Both the position numbers and the translations under genes were made by a program. Shown here one piece after another: positions 1-9,255 of a DNA stretch of 64,000 nucleotides. Numbering within the stretch: position 1 is the stretch's first letter; each line of letters opens with the position of its first letter. This DNA comes from an uncultured Gemmatimonadales bacterium (GTDB taxonomy: Bacteria > Gemmatimonadota > Gemmatimonadetes > Gemmatimonadales > GWC2-71-9), in NCBI GenBank assembly GCA_963825055.1, contig CAWGSK010000002.1, positions 1 to 64,000 of the forward strand, given 5' to 3'. The notes under the pieces were generated by a model that did not search any database, was not told where the DNA came from, and saw only the letters and a program-made list of their open reading frames with translations.

Positions 1-1398
1 GCTGACGCCGCAGAGACTGCGCATTCCGACGCCAGCTTCCACGCTGCGCACCGGGATGGTGTCGGCGTTGGCAACGATGGTACGGGCGTCGGGGAGGGTC
101 CAGAGATGGCGGACCAGGTCCGCGTACCCCTCGACGGTCCAGTCACGCCAGGCGCCGGCGTCGGCCCGGGCGGCCGGTGCGCGCGTGCCGAAGTCGGCGA
201 GGTGGGCCGTCTCATGGGCGCTGGTGGCAAGGAGCGCCGCCTGCTGGGCCCGCGAGGAGTGGAACAGGGCGCGACCGTCCATCCAGATCAGGCTCAAGCG
301 CCCCGCCTCCCCGGCGCAGCGGGAGCCGACGGTCCAGCTCGGATAGGCATAGCCCCTGGCACGCACGGCGCTCGTATCGGTGACCAGGAGCGGGATACGT
401 CCGTTGGGTTCCCACCCCGGGAGCAGGTCATGGAAGAACGGGGCGACCAGCGTGTCATAGCGGACCAGGAAGTCCTGGAGCCGTGCCTCGACCGAAGGAT
501 TGCCCCGGGCGCGGGCGAGCGTCGCGCGGTCGAACAGGACGAGCAGGCGGGACGACACGGCCACCACGCGCCAGGGCTCGCGCACCGCGGAGTCGCCATG
601 GAGGCCGTGGAAGAGGCCCCAGCGATCCCGCTCGACGGCGACCATCAGCGTGTCGCCCAGGCCGAGGGAATGGACGCAGGCATTCGGCTGCTCCACGCTC
701 GTGGAGAGCGTCCGGAAACTCAACGGGCCGGTTGTCGTTCCGTGCGTGGCCATGTCGCCTGCGACGCGCCCCGAAGAGGCGGCAAGCCAGAGGTCGGACA
801 GTTCGCTGGCCTCCGGCTGAATGGGCAGCGCGTGGCTGGTGTCGGCGGGCGCGATCCGGCTGACTGAGAGGCGCCCCAGTACCGGCTGCACCTCCGCCGC
901 GCGGACGTCGCCTGCATGGTCCCAGGTGAAAGGCATTGCGATGTACTGGCCCGAGTCCGGCAACTCGACGGTGCAGCCGCGTTCAACGGCATTCGACAGG
1001 ATGACGTGGTCGCCCGGGGAGAGTTCGGCTCGCAGCGGGACTTCGACGGACGGCAGGGTGAGCGTCCGGCGAGCGCGGCCCCGCCGGAGGTTCACGGCCC
1101 AGGGAACGCCGGCCGGCGTACATGGGGCGAAGAGGTCAGCGGGAACGGTGACCTCCGCCGACGAATCCGAGGTGAGCCGTACACGCAGCCGGCGCGTCCC
1201 GATGGAGGCGGTCAGGCCGCGGAGGCTGGAGCCCTGCACCCGGAGGGGAACGTCGGGGGCGAGCTGCGCGTCCGGGGTTGCGATGGCGAGCACCACGGGT
1301 TGCACCAGCTTCTCGTCGGCCCGGCACGCGAGCGCCACGAGCGCCGCCAGCGCGATGGGCGCGATGGCGAGGGCCTGCTGGCGCAGCGTACGTGTCAT
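1..1398 (-). CDS. Putative zinc metallopeptidase lipoprotein (gluzincin-like), 3' end runs off the window
   Basis: Hand-translated, absent from the ORF track. ATG at 1398, lipobox LAALVALAC, HETAH (HExxH) at 202-216 followed by WTVEGYAD. Plus-strand ORFs 106..867 and 916..1440 are its in-frame antisense shadows. Confidence 0.75.
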   Translation of the reverse strand, partial: MTRTLRQQALAIAPIALAALVALACRADEKLVQPVVLAIATPDAQLAPDVPLRVQGSSLRGLTASIGTRRLRVRLTSDSSAEVTVPADLFAPCTPAGVPWAVNLRRGRARRTLTLPSVEVPLRAELSPGDHVILSNAVERGCTVELPDSGQYIAMPFTWDHAGDVRAAEVQPVLGRLSVSRIAPADTSHALPIQPEASELSDLWLAASSGRVAGDMATHGTTTGPLSFRTLSTSVEQPNACVHSLGLGDTLMVAVERDRWGLFHGLHGDSAVREPWRVVAVSSRLLVLFDRATLARARGNPSVEARLQDFLVRYDTLVAPFFHDLLPGWEPNGRIPLLVTDTSAVRARGYAYPSWTVGSRCAGEAGRLSLIWMDGRALFHSSRAQQAALLATSAHETAHLADFGTRAPAARADAGAWRDWTVEGYADLVRHLWTLPDARTIVANADTIPVRSVEAGVGMRSLCGVS

Positions 1399-1676
1399 GC
1401 CGGTCACGGGCGTTCTCGTGGTGAGGATCCGTCCATTTAGCGTGCAATTCTGATACCGGAACCGGCCAGGTTGCCCTGTGCCAGTCACTTACGTGCCGCC
1501 TGGCCCGGCAGGCCGTGTCAGGGCGGGGTTCCTGCCCTGCGGAGCGCCGCTCGGACTGCAAACTGAGGTACCAGCATGTGCTGGGTGTTTGATGCCCCGG
1601 AATCACGGACCGTTGCCCGGGGTGGCCGGTGCTCTCACCGGGGGACGATGTTATCTCCCCGGCGGACACCGCCGGG

Positions 1677-2099
1677 TCAGCCCCAGCCTTCCGGGAAACT
1701 GGTTTCGATCTCGCCGGCCGCGTCGATCAGCTCCCGGGCAGCACTGGCGAACGGCAGGAGTGCCGTGAGGGTCCCCCGGACCAGCCGGAGCTTTCCTCCG
1801 AGCAGGGCGGTAACGGGTGGGAGGGAGCCCCCGAACAGGTCGCGCCACACCCCCGCGCCGGCCTCGAAGGCGATTGGCGCGGACGCGAGGTCCGCCGCGG
1901 TGGCCGTTCGAGCCTCATGACACGTTCCACCCGCAAGGCGGACGTATACTGCCCTGGTTTCCGATCCGGGGCCGTTCCTGGTCATGGCAAGGACGACCGG
2001 GGAGTCCCATGCCCGGGCGGCCTCGCGGAACGCGGGTCGGGACATGAGGTGGGAGCACCAGGCATGGGCCCATGCCTCGGAAAATGCCTCCGGGATCAT
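1677..2099 (-). CDS. SCP2 sterol/lipid-binding domain protein
   Basis: FSEAWAHAW...AFREAARAW...GGSLPPVTALLGGKLRL pattern typical of SCP2; start set at MIPEAF. Confidence 0.7.
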   Translation of the reverse strand: MIPEAFSEAWAHAWCSHLMSRPAFREAARAWDSPVVLAMTRNGPGSETRAVYVRLAGGTCHEARTATAADLASAPIAFEAGAGVWRDLFGGSLPPVTALLGGKLRLVRGTLTALLPFASAARELIDAAGEIETSFPEGWG

Positions 2100-2348
2100 G
2101 CGGAACGGCTCCGGCGGGAAGGGGAAAATGGCCGCCCAAAGGTTAGGGGAGAAGGGCGCGCGGGACAAGACGCCCCCGGGGGCCGGGCGTGACCCACATC
2201 ACCAACGGCGCCCCCGCCGGCGGGATATATTGTCCGCGTTGGCAGGGGTGCACCCACCCCTGCGAGGCAGAGCCCACCGGCTCACCCGGGACCGGGTGGA
2301 CGGCGGGCCGATATATTCAGCCGGATTACATACGAGGAGGTTCCCAGG

Positions 2349-3017
2349 ATGTCATCGATCACCGTTCGTTTTGGCAAGGCCGCCTTGCTTGGCGTCGTGT
2401 CGCTCGCCGGGCTGGCCGGCTGCTCGCGGGTGACCCCCGACCAGCTCCAGACAGAGTTGACGGCCGTGCGGACCGAAATGGCGGAGGGCGACAGCGCGCT
2501 GTCGCGCCGGATCGCCGCGAACGACCAGCGCATCACCGAAATGTCCACCCGGCTCGACAGCCTCGAGCGGGACCTGCAGGCACTTCGCACGGAATTCAAT
2601 GCCAGCGTGCAGCGGATGGAGACGGCGCTCCGGTTCAATGTTCCGGTCCACTTCGCCTTCAATGATGCGACGGTTCGCGAGACCGACCAGGCGCTGCTCG
2701 ACCGCTTCGCCAAGGTCGTCGGCAGCAGCTACAGCAACGCTCACGTCACCATCGAGGGCTTTGCGGATCCCGCCGGGAGCGCCGCATACAATCAGGAACT
2801 CGGCCTGAACCGCGCCGAGGCCGTGCGCGACTATCTCGTCAACAGCGGCGGGCTGAACGCCGGCATGCTGCACACGGTGAGTTACGGCGAGGCGCGGAAC
2901 CGCCAGGTGGTGCCGGGTGCCTACGGTCCTGGTGACCGGGGCCAGGAGAACCGGCGTGTGGCGTTCGTCATCGACTTCGCGGGCGAGAGCAACATGCAGA
3001 ACACCGCCAGCCGCTGA
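2349..3017 (+). CDS. OmpA/Pal-family peptidoglycan-binding lipoprotein with N-terminal coiled coil
   Basis: SD GAGGAGG; lipobox LAGC; VHFAFND, IEGFADPAGSAAYNQELGLNRAEAV, SYGE, NRRV motifs. Confidence 0.92.
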   Translation: MSSITVRFGKAALLGVVSLAGLAGCSRVTPDQLQTELTAVRTEMAEGDSALSRRIAANDQRITEMSTRLDSLERDLQALRTEFNASVQRMETALRFNVPVHFAFNDATVRETDQALLDRFAKVVGSSYSNAHVTIEGFADPAGSAAYNQELGLNRAEAVRDYLVNSGGLNAGMLHTVSYGEARNRQVVPGAYGPGDRGQENRRVAFVIDFAGESNMQNTASR

Positions 3018-3036
3018 TTGTCTGGCTGGTATGGAG

Positions 3037-3072
3037 ACGACGGGCCCCGTCCATCCGGACGGGGCCCGTCGT
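3037..3072. terminator. GC-rich hairpin between convergent genes, probable terminator
   Basis: Perfect 16-bp inverted repeat ACGACGGGCCCCGTCC/GGACGGGGCCCGTCGT with 4-nt loop, 20 nt after the OmpA-family stop; no strong U-tract. Confidence 0.65.
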
Positions 3073-3140
3073 GTGTCGCACCTGGATGCAGAACGGCCCG
3101 CCGTCTGGCGGGCCGCATCGTCATGGGCAACAGGCTGGAG

Positions 3141-3359
3141 CTATGGTTGGGGCTTGCGGCTCCCCTGCCTCGGGGAGACACTCCCGGGCAGCCGGACCGG
3201 CCGCGCGACGGCCGGGGCCAGGACCGTGCCCTCACCGGCGCGGACGAAGCCCGCCACCTGCGCGCACGGCACGCAGATCCCATGAGAGACCACGGCACCC
3301 GGCGGTGCCGGTTCGAGTATCGCGCCACACCATGCGCAGCGCAGAAGCAACGACTTCAC
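3141..3359 (-). CDS. Small CxxC...HGICxxC putative Zn-binding protein
   Basis: RCAWCG...SHGICVPC; GTG start preceded by GGAG. Confidence 0.55.
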   Translation of the reverse strand: MKSLLLRCAWCGAILEPAPPGAVVSHGICVPCAQVAGFVRAGEGTVLAPAVARPVRLPGSVSPRQGSRKPQP

Positions 3360-3466
3360 CCTGTTCTCCACCTCTCAGAGGCCCAAGGTCCCAATAATTG
3401 CCCGTAAACGGAGCCATCCCGGCGCCCGGCAACGGTTCGGACCTTTCAAGGGGCATGGAGCATGCC

Positions 3467-3865
3467 ATGACCCGAGTGGTGCCACCCGCCGTCTCGCCCC
3501 GCCCCCGGGGCTGGCGCCCGGTCGCCCTCCTGGCACTCGTGGTTGCCGTGGGTACCGCGCTGCTGGCGTGGTGGATTGTTCCGCTGGTCGCGGCGGTCCA
3601 CGGATGGCGAACAGGGAAGCGCGCGTGGCGGGGGGCAGCTTTGGCCGTCCCGGCCGGCTGGGCCGGCTGGCTGGTCGTGCGGTCCTTCGTGGAGCCCGTT
3701 GCCATGGTTGCCGGCATCGCGAGTTCGGTGACCGGACTGCCGCTGGTGCTCTTCCTTTTCCTCGTGCTGGCGTTCGGGAGCGCGATGGGGGCGGGGGCCG
3801 CGTGGATTGCTGGTACCTTTCGCGAGGTCTGGACCCGCCGGCAGGGTGGCCACCCCGTGACATGA
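3467..3865 (+). CDS. Hypothetical membrane protein
   Basis: GGAG before ATG; three to four hydrophobic segments. Confidence 0.6.
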   Translation: MTRVVPPAVSPRPRGWRPVALLALVVAVGTALLAWWIVPLVAAVHGWRTGKRAWRGAALAVPAGWAGWLVVRSFVEPVAMVAGIASSVTGLPLVLFLFLVLAFGSAMGAGAAWIAGTFREVWTRRQGGHPVT

Positions 3866-3917
3866 CGAGGCCCCGGTTTGCACCGGGGCCACGCCAGTCC
3901 GACCTTTCCCACCCTCC

Positions 3918-5135
3918 CTACTGCATGACGGCTACCCCGGACAGGTCGGCTGCGAGCGCCTTGGCGGCGACCTTTCGTCCCAGCGCGATGCCGGCTTCCA
4001 TGTCGAAGCGGTAGTGAATCCCCGCGTAGAGCCGTGACAGGCTGGCGTCCTGTGACATTGCCTCCAGATCCCCGGCAGCCTTCGGGAAGAAAGCCATCAG
4101 GACCCCGCTCATCGATCCCGACACGCACGAATGGGCGGACGGGTAGGAGGGGTGAGGAGGGAGGCCCACAGGAAGCGTGATCAGGGGATCGGCCTGCGGC
4201 GGCCGGATGAACCAGTAGGCGTACTTCGCGTCGAAGCACCCCACCTGGGCGTCGAACATGGCGCCATTCATCAGGAACATGATCCGGGCAGCACGGGCAT
4301 CGGGGATGCGGTAGGTGCGGATCAGCGCCACCGCCTTGTTGTTGAACGGAGCATTCCGGCGTCCCGACTGCTGGAGATTCCAGTAAGTCGCGCTCGCCAG
4401 TTGTTCCGGGGTCCGGGTGTCGGAGATCTGCCGGACTTCGGCGAGTGCGGCAAGATAGGCCGCCGACCCGAACTCCGGGGGCGGTGGTGGCCGGAACTCG
4501 TCGTCCGATGCCAGGAAGAACGGGCGCGCGCGATAATTGGCCCGGACGATCGGCCCGCCGTTCCACTGCCAGTAGCCGGCCCCGATGGGCGGGGTGCCCG
4601 GGTCCGCAAGGCCGACCCGGTCGCTCGCCGCGTACGCCAGCACGGCATCGCCCACCTCCATGCCAAGGCTGACGGATTCGGCGAATTCCTCACCCTTCTT
4701 GCCGGTACCTGCGGCGGCCTGTGCGGCCAGCGCCGCGTCGATCTCGGCGACGTCGTTCGGGAAGAACGCCTTCAGGACCACGACCGATGCGCCGCCAATC
4801 GCCGCCGAGGCGCCCAGGCGCTCGCGGTAGTTACTCTTGAACGCGGGAAAGGCTCGGCGTTCTCCCCGCTCGTTGAGGGCCAGCTCGGCTGCCCGGAACT
4901 GGGCCAGCGACAGGTAGGCGTACAGCCTGCCCTGGTCGATCGCCGTCCGGTCCGCCAGGGAGGTGGCCAGCTCGTTCCAGCTGGCGGTGGCACCGGTGTC
5001 CCGTAACTTCACACTTGACGCCGTCACACCGGCGCTGGTGGATGGCGCCCCTGTGGGTGCCGTGGCCTGGTCGCCGCATCCCGCGGCGAGCATGGCGCTG
5101 GTCAGTACGACCAGCACCCTGGTCTGGAATGACAT
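3918..5135 (-). CDS. Vanadium-dependent haloperoxidase / PAP2-superfamily lipoprotein
   Basis: Lipobox LAAGC; KYAYWFIRP, HPSYPSAH and SRLYAGIHYRFD motifs. Confidence 0.85.
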   Translation of the reverse strand: MSFQTRVLVVLTSAMLAAGCGDQATAPTGAPSTSAGVTASSVKLRDTGATASWNELATSLADRTAIDQGRLYAYLSLAQFRAAELALNERGERRAFPAFKSNYRERLGASAAIGGASVVVLKAFFPNDVAEIDAALAAQAAAGTGKKGEEFAESVSLGMEVGDAVLAYAASDRVGLADPGTPPIGAGYWQWNGGPIVRANYRARPFFLASDDEFRPPPPPEFGSAAYLAALAEVRQISDTRTPEQLASATYWNLQQSGRRNAPFNNKAVALIRTYRIPDARAARIMFLMNGAMFDAQVGCFDAKYAYWFIRPPQADPLITLPVGLPPHPSYPSAHSCVSGSMSGVLMAFFPKAAGDLEAMSQDASLSRLYAGIHYRFDMEAGIALGRKVAAKALAADLSGVAVMQ

Positions 5136-5320
5136 GGATTCCCCCCGGTGAAAAATCGTGGCTCCGGGCGGCCGGAAGGGGTCCGACCGACCCGCGAGCC
5201 GCTGGCAACGCCTCAGATGCGGCGTACATTGGAGGAGTTAGTGCGTGGGCATTCGTCCAGCGTTATCGCGCCGTTACTTGCCGGACGTTCAGGCGGTCCT
5301 CGGCCGGAAGGGGTGTTCGA

Positions 5321-8221
5321 GTGATTGAACTGCGGACCCTGGGCCGTCTGGAGCTGATGCGATCCGCAGACGCCCCTGCCGACGCCATCCCATTACAGGC
5401 CAAGCGCTTGGCGCTGGTGGCCTACCTCGGGGCCTCCCGGAACGACGTGCGCCGCCGTGACACGGTGCTGGCCCTGTTCTGGCCTGAACTGGACCAGGAG
5501 CACGCGCGCGGGGCACTCCGGCAGGCCCTTCACTCCATCAGGAAAGCCCTGGGCGAGGGGGCGATCATCGCCCGGGGCGAGGACGAGATCGGGCTCGATC
5601 CCGCGGTGGTCGCGACGGACGCCTCCCGGCTCGAGGCCGCCATCCGCGATGGCCGGCCCGGGGACGCCCTGGCGCTGTTCCGGGGTGACTTCCTCGAGGG
5701 CGTGTTCGTGGCCGAGACTGGCCAGGCACTCGAGGACTGGGTCGCCGCCGAGCGTGCCCGGCTGCGGGCCCTGGCCGCGAGGGCCGCCTGGATGGCATCA
5801 GAGCGCCCCAGTCGCGATGCCGACGTCGGCGAGCTCGTGCGCCGCGCGGTTCTGCTCAGTGGGGATGACGAGAGCGCCCTCCGCCGGGGGATTACCCGCC
5901 TGGAGGAACGGGGCGATCGCGCGGGCGCCGCGGCGCTGTACGAGGAGGTCTCGCGACGGGTCGCACGGGACCTGGACGTCGACCTTTCACCTGAAACACA
6001 GGACGCGATGCGCGCCGTTCGGACCCGGCAGGAACCGCTCCTGTCCATTCCACACCGGCCGGTATCGCGTCCCGCCGGGGACCCCGCTCGCGATCGCGCT
6101 CCGGCCACACGTTCGGAGCCCGGGGGAAGGCGAACCCTCCTCGCCGTGGCGTCGGGAGTGGTGCTGACCCTGGCGTTCGCCGCCTACTTCCGATCTGATC
6201 GGGCGGTAGCGCCGGGAGCGTCCGCGGACCGCATCGCGATCATGCCATTCCGGGTTACCGAGGCGGATTCGTCACTCGCCTGGCTGCACGAGGGGATCGT
6301 CGAGTTGCTGACGATTCGCATCGCGCGCGACGGCGGGCCGGACCTGGCGGATCCCGCCCGCGTCGTTAGCGAATGGCGACGGGTGACCTCCGCGGGCGGG
6401 CAGGAGGACGCCTTACCCGATGCGATCAGTGCGGTGGCCGCCCGGCTCGGCGCCGGGCGGGTCATCGAAGGGAGCCTCGCGGGGAACGCCGATCGCGTGA
6501 CCCTGACGGCACGCCTCCTGAGACTGCCGGGGGCGGGCCGCGTCGCCAGGGCGTCGGTCGAGGGTCCTCCGGATCGCCTCCCCGCGCTCCTCGATCAGCT
6601 TGCAGCACAACTCCTCGGGCTGAGCGCGGGTGTGGAGGAGGTGCGGTTGGCGTCGCTGACCAGTGCCTCCCTCCCCGCGATTCAGGCGTACCTGCGGGGG
6701 CAGGAGGCGTTCCGCGTCGGCAACATGTCGCGCGCGGTGGAGTCGCTCCGGGAAGCCACGATGCTCGATTCGACCTTCGCCCTGGCCGGACTCGGATTGG
6801 CCAGGGCCACGATGTGGGGAGGGACAAGCGCGGAGGGGGAGCGCGGAATCCGGATTGCTTTGGCGGGCCAGGACCGCTTGAGCCCGGCCGACCGTGTGCT
6901 GCTCCATGCGATGGCGGCCCCGGGCGGCGGGACGTCCGCGTTGTTCGCCGACTGGAACGCCGCAGTCACCGCGCTCCCGGAGAGTCCCGAACTGTGGTAC
7001 ATGCTCGGCGACCATCATTTCCATTGGGGCCGACTCGCGGGAGAGGAGGACGCCGCCGAGCGCGCCGCCGTTGCCTTCCGACGGGGGTGGCGCCTGGACT
7101 CGCTGACCGCACCGTCCACGGGACGGGCGTGGATTCCCGAGCCGACGCAGCACATGCTTTCCCTGGCGCTCCTGGTCCACGATACGACAGGCATCCTCAA
7201 GCTGGCGACCGCGGTGTTGAGTGCCGACTCCACGAGTGACCTGGCGCACCTGGCGATGTGGTTCCGGGCGGTCGTGACGAGTCCGCCGGCGCGGCTTGCC
7301 TACCGGGAGAACATCTCCTCGGCGGGCGACTGGGTGCTCAAGACCATCCATCTCTTCATCCTGTGGAGCGGGATGGAGACGGAGGATCTCGAGTGGATCG
7401 CACGAGAAGAAGCGAGGCGCCTCAAGGCGCACGACCCGGGCTGGACCACCGGCGCGTTGACTATCATGGCGCTTAATGCCGGACGCCCGGCCGACGCGCC
7501 ACGGGTGAGTCGCGCGCCGGGCTACGCGGGGCACCGGACGCTCCGCAATCAATTGCGTCGTGCCATGTGGTGGGACGCCGATACCACCGCGGCCCTCGCG
7601 GCCGAGGCCCTGGTCGCGCCGCTGGCCGATTCGGCCCCGGTGCCGGGGGAGGGCGCGCTCCCGCAGCTCTACGACATCTGCGCGCTCGGGACCTGGCGCG
7701 CCGCGCGAGGTGATCACCAGTACGCTGCCGCGGCGGGCCGACGGCTGCGTACTGCACGGCCCGCGGTCGGGACCCCCGAGGACTCGGCGACGTTCAGCCG
7801 GTATGCCGACCTCTGCGCCACGCTCCTCGAGGCGATGCACGCATCCGGGCGTCAGGCTCGAAATGCACGGGCCCTTCTGGCCGAGGCCGATTCCCTCGCT
7901 CGCGAAAATATCTTCGAGGTGTGCTGCGGCGAGGCGGTGACGGACGCCAACCTGCAGTTGATGCGCCTGTGGGAGCGGGAAGGGGACCTCCCGCGCGCAT
8001 TGGCAGCCGTGCGCCGGGGAGCGGGGGGCTTCGAGATGGCGCCGCTCTACCTCTCCACATTCCTCCGCGAAGAGGGGCGCCTGGCCCTGCTGACGGGCGA
8101 CACGACCGCCGCGATCCGCGCCTACCGGCGCTACCTCGCGCTCCGCCCGCATCCTGAACCCCGGCTCGCACCCGCCGTGGACCAGGTGCGCCGGGCACTG
8201 GCCGAACTCGCACCGCCCTGA
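5321..8221 (+). CDS. SARP/AfsR-like regulator: winged HTH + BTAD, TM helix, TolB-N-like and TPR region
   Basis: GTG start IELRTLGRLEL; RRDTVLALFWPE...ARGALRQALHSIRKALG; FRGDFLEG; one hydrophobic helix; IAIMPF; TPR-like C-terminus. Confidence 0.85.
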   Translation: MIELRTLGRLELMRSADAPADAIPLQAKRLALVAYLGASRNDVRRRDTVLALFWPELDQEHARGALRQALHSIRKALGEGAIIARGEDEIGLDPAVVATDASRLEAAIRDGRPGDALALFRGDFLEGVFVAETGQALEDWVAAERARLRALAARAAWMASERPSRDADVGELVRRAVLLSGDDESALRRGITRLEERGDRAGAAALYEEVSRRVARDLDVDLSPETQDAMRAVRTRQEPLLSIPHRPVSRPAGDPARDRAPATRSEPGGRRTLLAVASGVVLTLAFAAYFRSDRAVAPGASADRIAIMPFRVTEADSSLAWLHEGIVELLTIRIARDGGPDLADPARVVSEWRRVTSAGGQEDALPDAISAVAARLGAGRVIEGSLAGNADRVTLTARLLRLPGAGRVARASVEGPPDRLPALLDQLAAQLLGLSAGVEEVRLASLTSASLPAIQAYLRGQEAFRVGNMSRAVESLREATMLDSTFALAGLGLARATMWGGTSAEGERGIRIALAGQDRLSPADRVLLHAMAAPGGGTSALFADWNAAVTALPESPELWYMLGDHHFHWGRLAGEEDAAERAAVAFRRGWRLDSLTAPSTGRAWIPEPTQHMLSLALLVHDTTGILKLATAVLSADSTSDLAHLAMWFRAVVTSPPARLAYRENISSAGDWVLKTIHLFILWSGMETEDLEWIAREEARRLKAHDPGWTTGALTIMALNAGRPADAPRVSRAPGYAGHRTLRNQLRRAMWWDADTTAALAAEALVAPLADSAPVPGEGALPQLYDICALGTWRAARGDHQYAAAAGRRLRTARPAVGTPEDSATFSRYADLCATLLEAMHASGRQARNARALLAEADSLARENIFEVCCGEAVTDANLQLMRLWEREGDLPRALAAVRRGAGGFEMAPLYLSTFLREEGRLALLTGDTTAAIRAYRRYLALRPHPEPRLAPAVDQVRRALAELAPP

Positions 8222-8335
8222 AAACGGGGCGACGGCTCCGACGGGCAGCGCATCACGGAACCAAGGCCCGTGACTGCAGGCAGCTAAGGCGGCGGCAGGG
8301 TGGCGCGAGGGTCGATGCGGGGTGAACATTCGGGC

Positions 8336-8539
8336 ATGGAACGCCGGATCACCGGGTATCACCGTGATGAGGAAGGCCACTGGGTGGCCGAACTGGAGTG
8401 CGGGCACACCCAGCACGTGCGGCACGACCCGCCGTGGCAGGTGCGTGACTGGGTAACCACGATGGAAGGCCGGGAAGGCCGGCTTGGCATGCTGCTCGAC
8501 TGCCGGGCCTGCGACGGGCCCGCGCAGACGCGATCGTGA
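8336..8539 (+). CDS. DUF3565-family small protein
   Basis: ITGYHRDEEGHWVAELECGHTQHVRHDPPW...CRAC signature. Confidence 0.85.
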   Translation: MERRITGYHRDEEGHWVAELECGHTQHVRHDPPWQVRDWVTTMEGREGRLGMLLDCRACDGPAQTRS

Positions 8540-8570
8540 TGACGGACAAATTCAACGGGAGGAACGGGCG

Positions 8571-8789
8571 ATGCGGATTCTGATACTGGTTGGGGTATTG
8601 CTGGCGGGGTTTGGCGCCTTCGTGCTGGTCCGGGGGTTCAGCTATACGAAGAATCGGAGTGAGCTCAAGGTCGGCGACTTCTCCGCCACTGTGCAGGAGA
8701 AAGCCAGCATCCCGCCCTGGGTGGGTGGTGTGGCGGTCGCGGCCGGGATCGTGCTGATCGTGGCGGGAGCAGGGAAGCGGCGCACCTAG
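8571..8789 (+). CDS. Small two-TM membrane protein
   Basis: GGAGG SD; TM-GFSYTK...KVGD...IPPWVGG-TM. Confidence 0.75.
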   Translation: MRILILVGVLLAGFGAFVLVRGFSYTKNRSELKVGDFSATVQEKASIPPWVGGVAVAAGIVLIVAGAGKRRT

Positions 8790-8793
8790 AAGG

Positions 8794-9255
8794 CTACCCG
8801 CATAACATGCTCGTCTCCCGCCACGGGGCCGCAAACCGCCCCCGTACGGCGGGGAGGCCCGGGAAGGTGAGATCCATCCATCCCCGCACCGTGTCGTGCG
8901 GCATCGGGGCGTTGAACTCGACCTGCGCCTTGTCCGCGGGTACGCAGTCACGCTCTCCGCGACACCAGAAGGCGCTTCCCCTGTCGCTTCCGTCGAGCGT
9001 AATGACCTGTCCGGGGAGGCCCTGCGGGGCCGCATAGACGGTCACCTGCACCCTCGGGTATGCACTCCCCAGGGTGTCTGACGCCTCGCGAGAGAGGTAG
9101 ATGGATGTTGCCGGACCATCTGCCGGTCCGCACTCGAGCTGGGCGAGGGCCCCCGGGAAGCCGGCGATGTCCCCGGTGGGAGGCGCGGGATGGTCACTGC
9201 AGGCGCCCAGACAGCAGGCCAGAATGGCAACCGCCTCCCGCGAGACGGCGCTCAT
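8794..9255 (-). CDS. Hypothetical lipoprotein, paralog of 10730..11179
   Basis: Lipobox LGAC; ATGA overlap with the upstream amidohydrolase stop; ends LCG. Confidence 0.7.
   Translation of the reverse strand: MSAVSREAVAILACCLGACSDHPAPPTGDIAGFPGALAQLECGPADGPATSIYLSREASDTLGSAYPRVQVTVYAAPQGLPGQVITLDGSDRGSAFWCRGERDCVPADKAQVEFNAPMPHDTVRGWMDLTFPGLPAVRGRFAAPWRETSMLCG

Noticed and set aside
1440..1676. Possible ncRNA in the gap upstream of the peptidase
   Set aside because: Only short GC hairpins; no promoter-terminator pair or known motif
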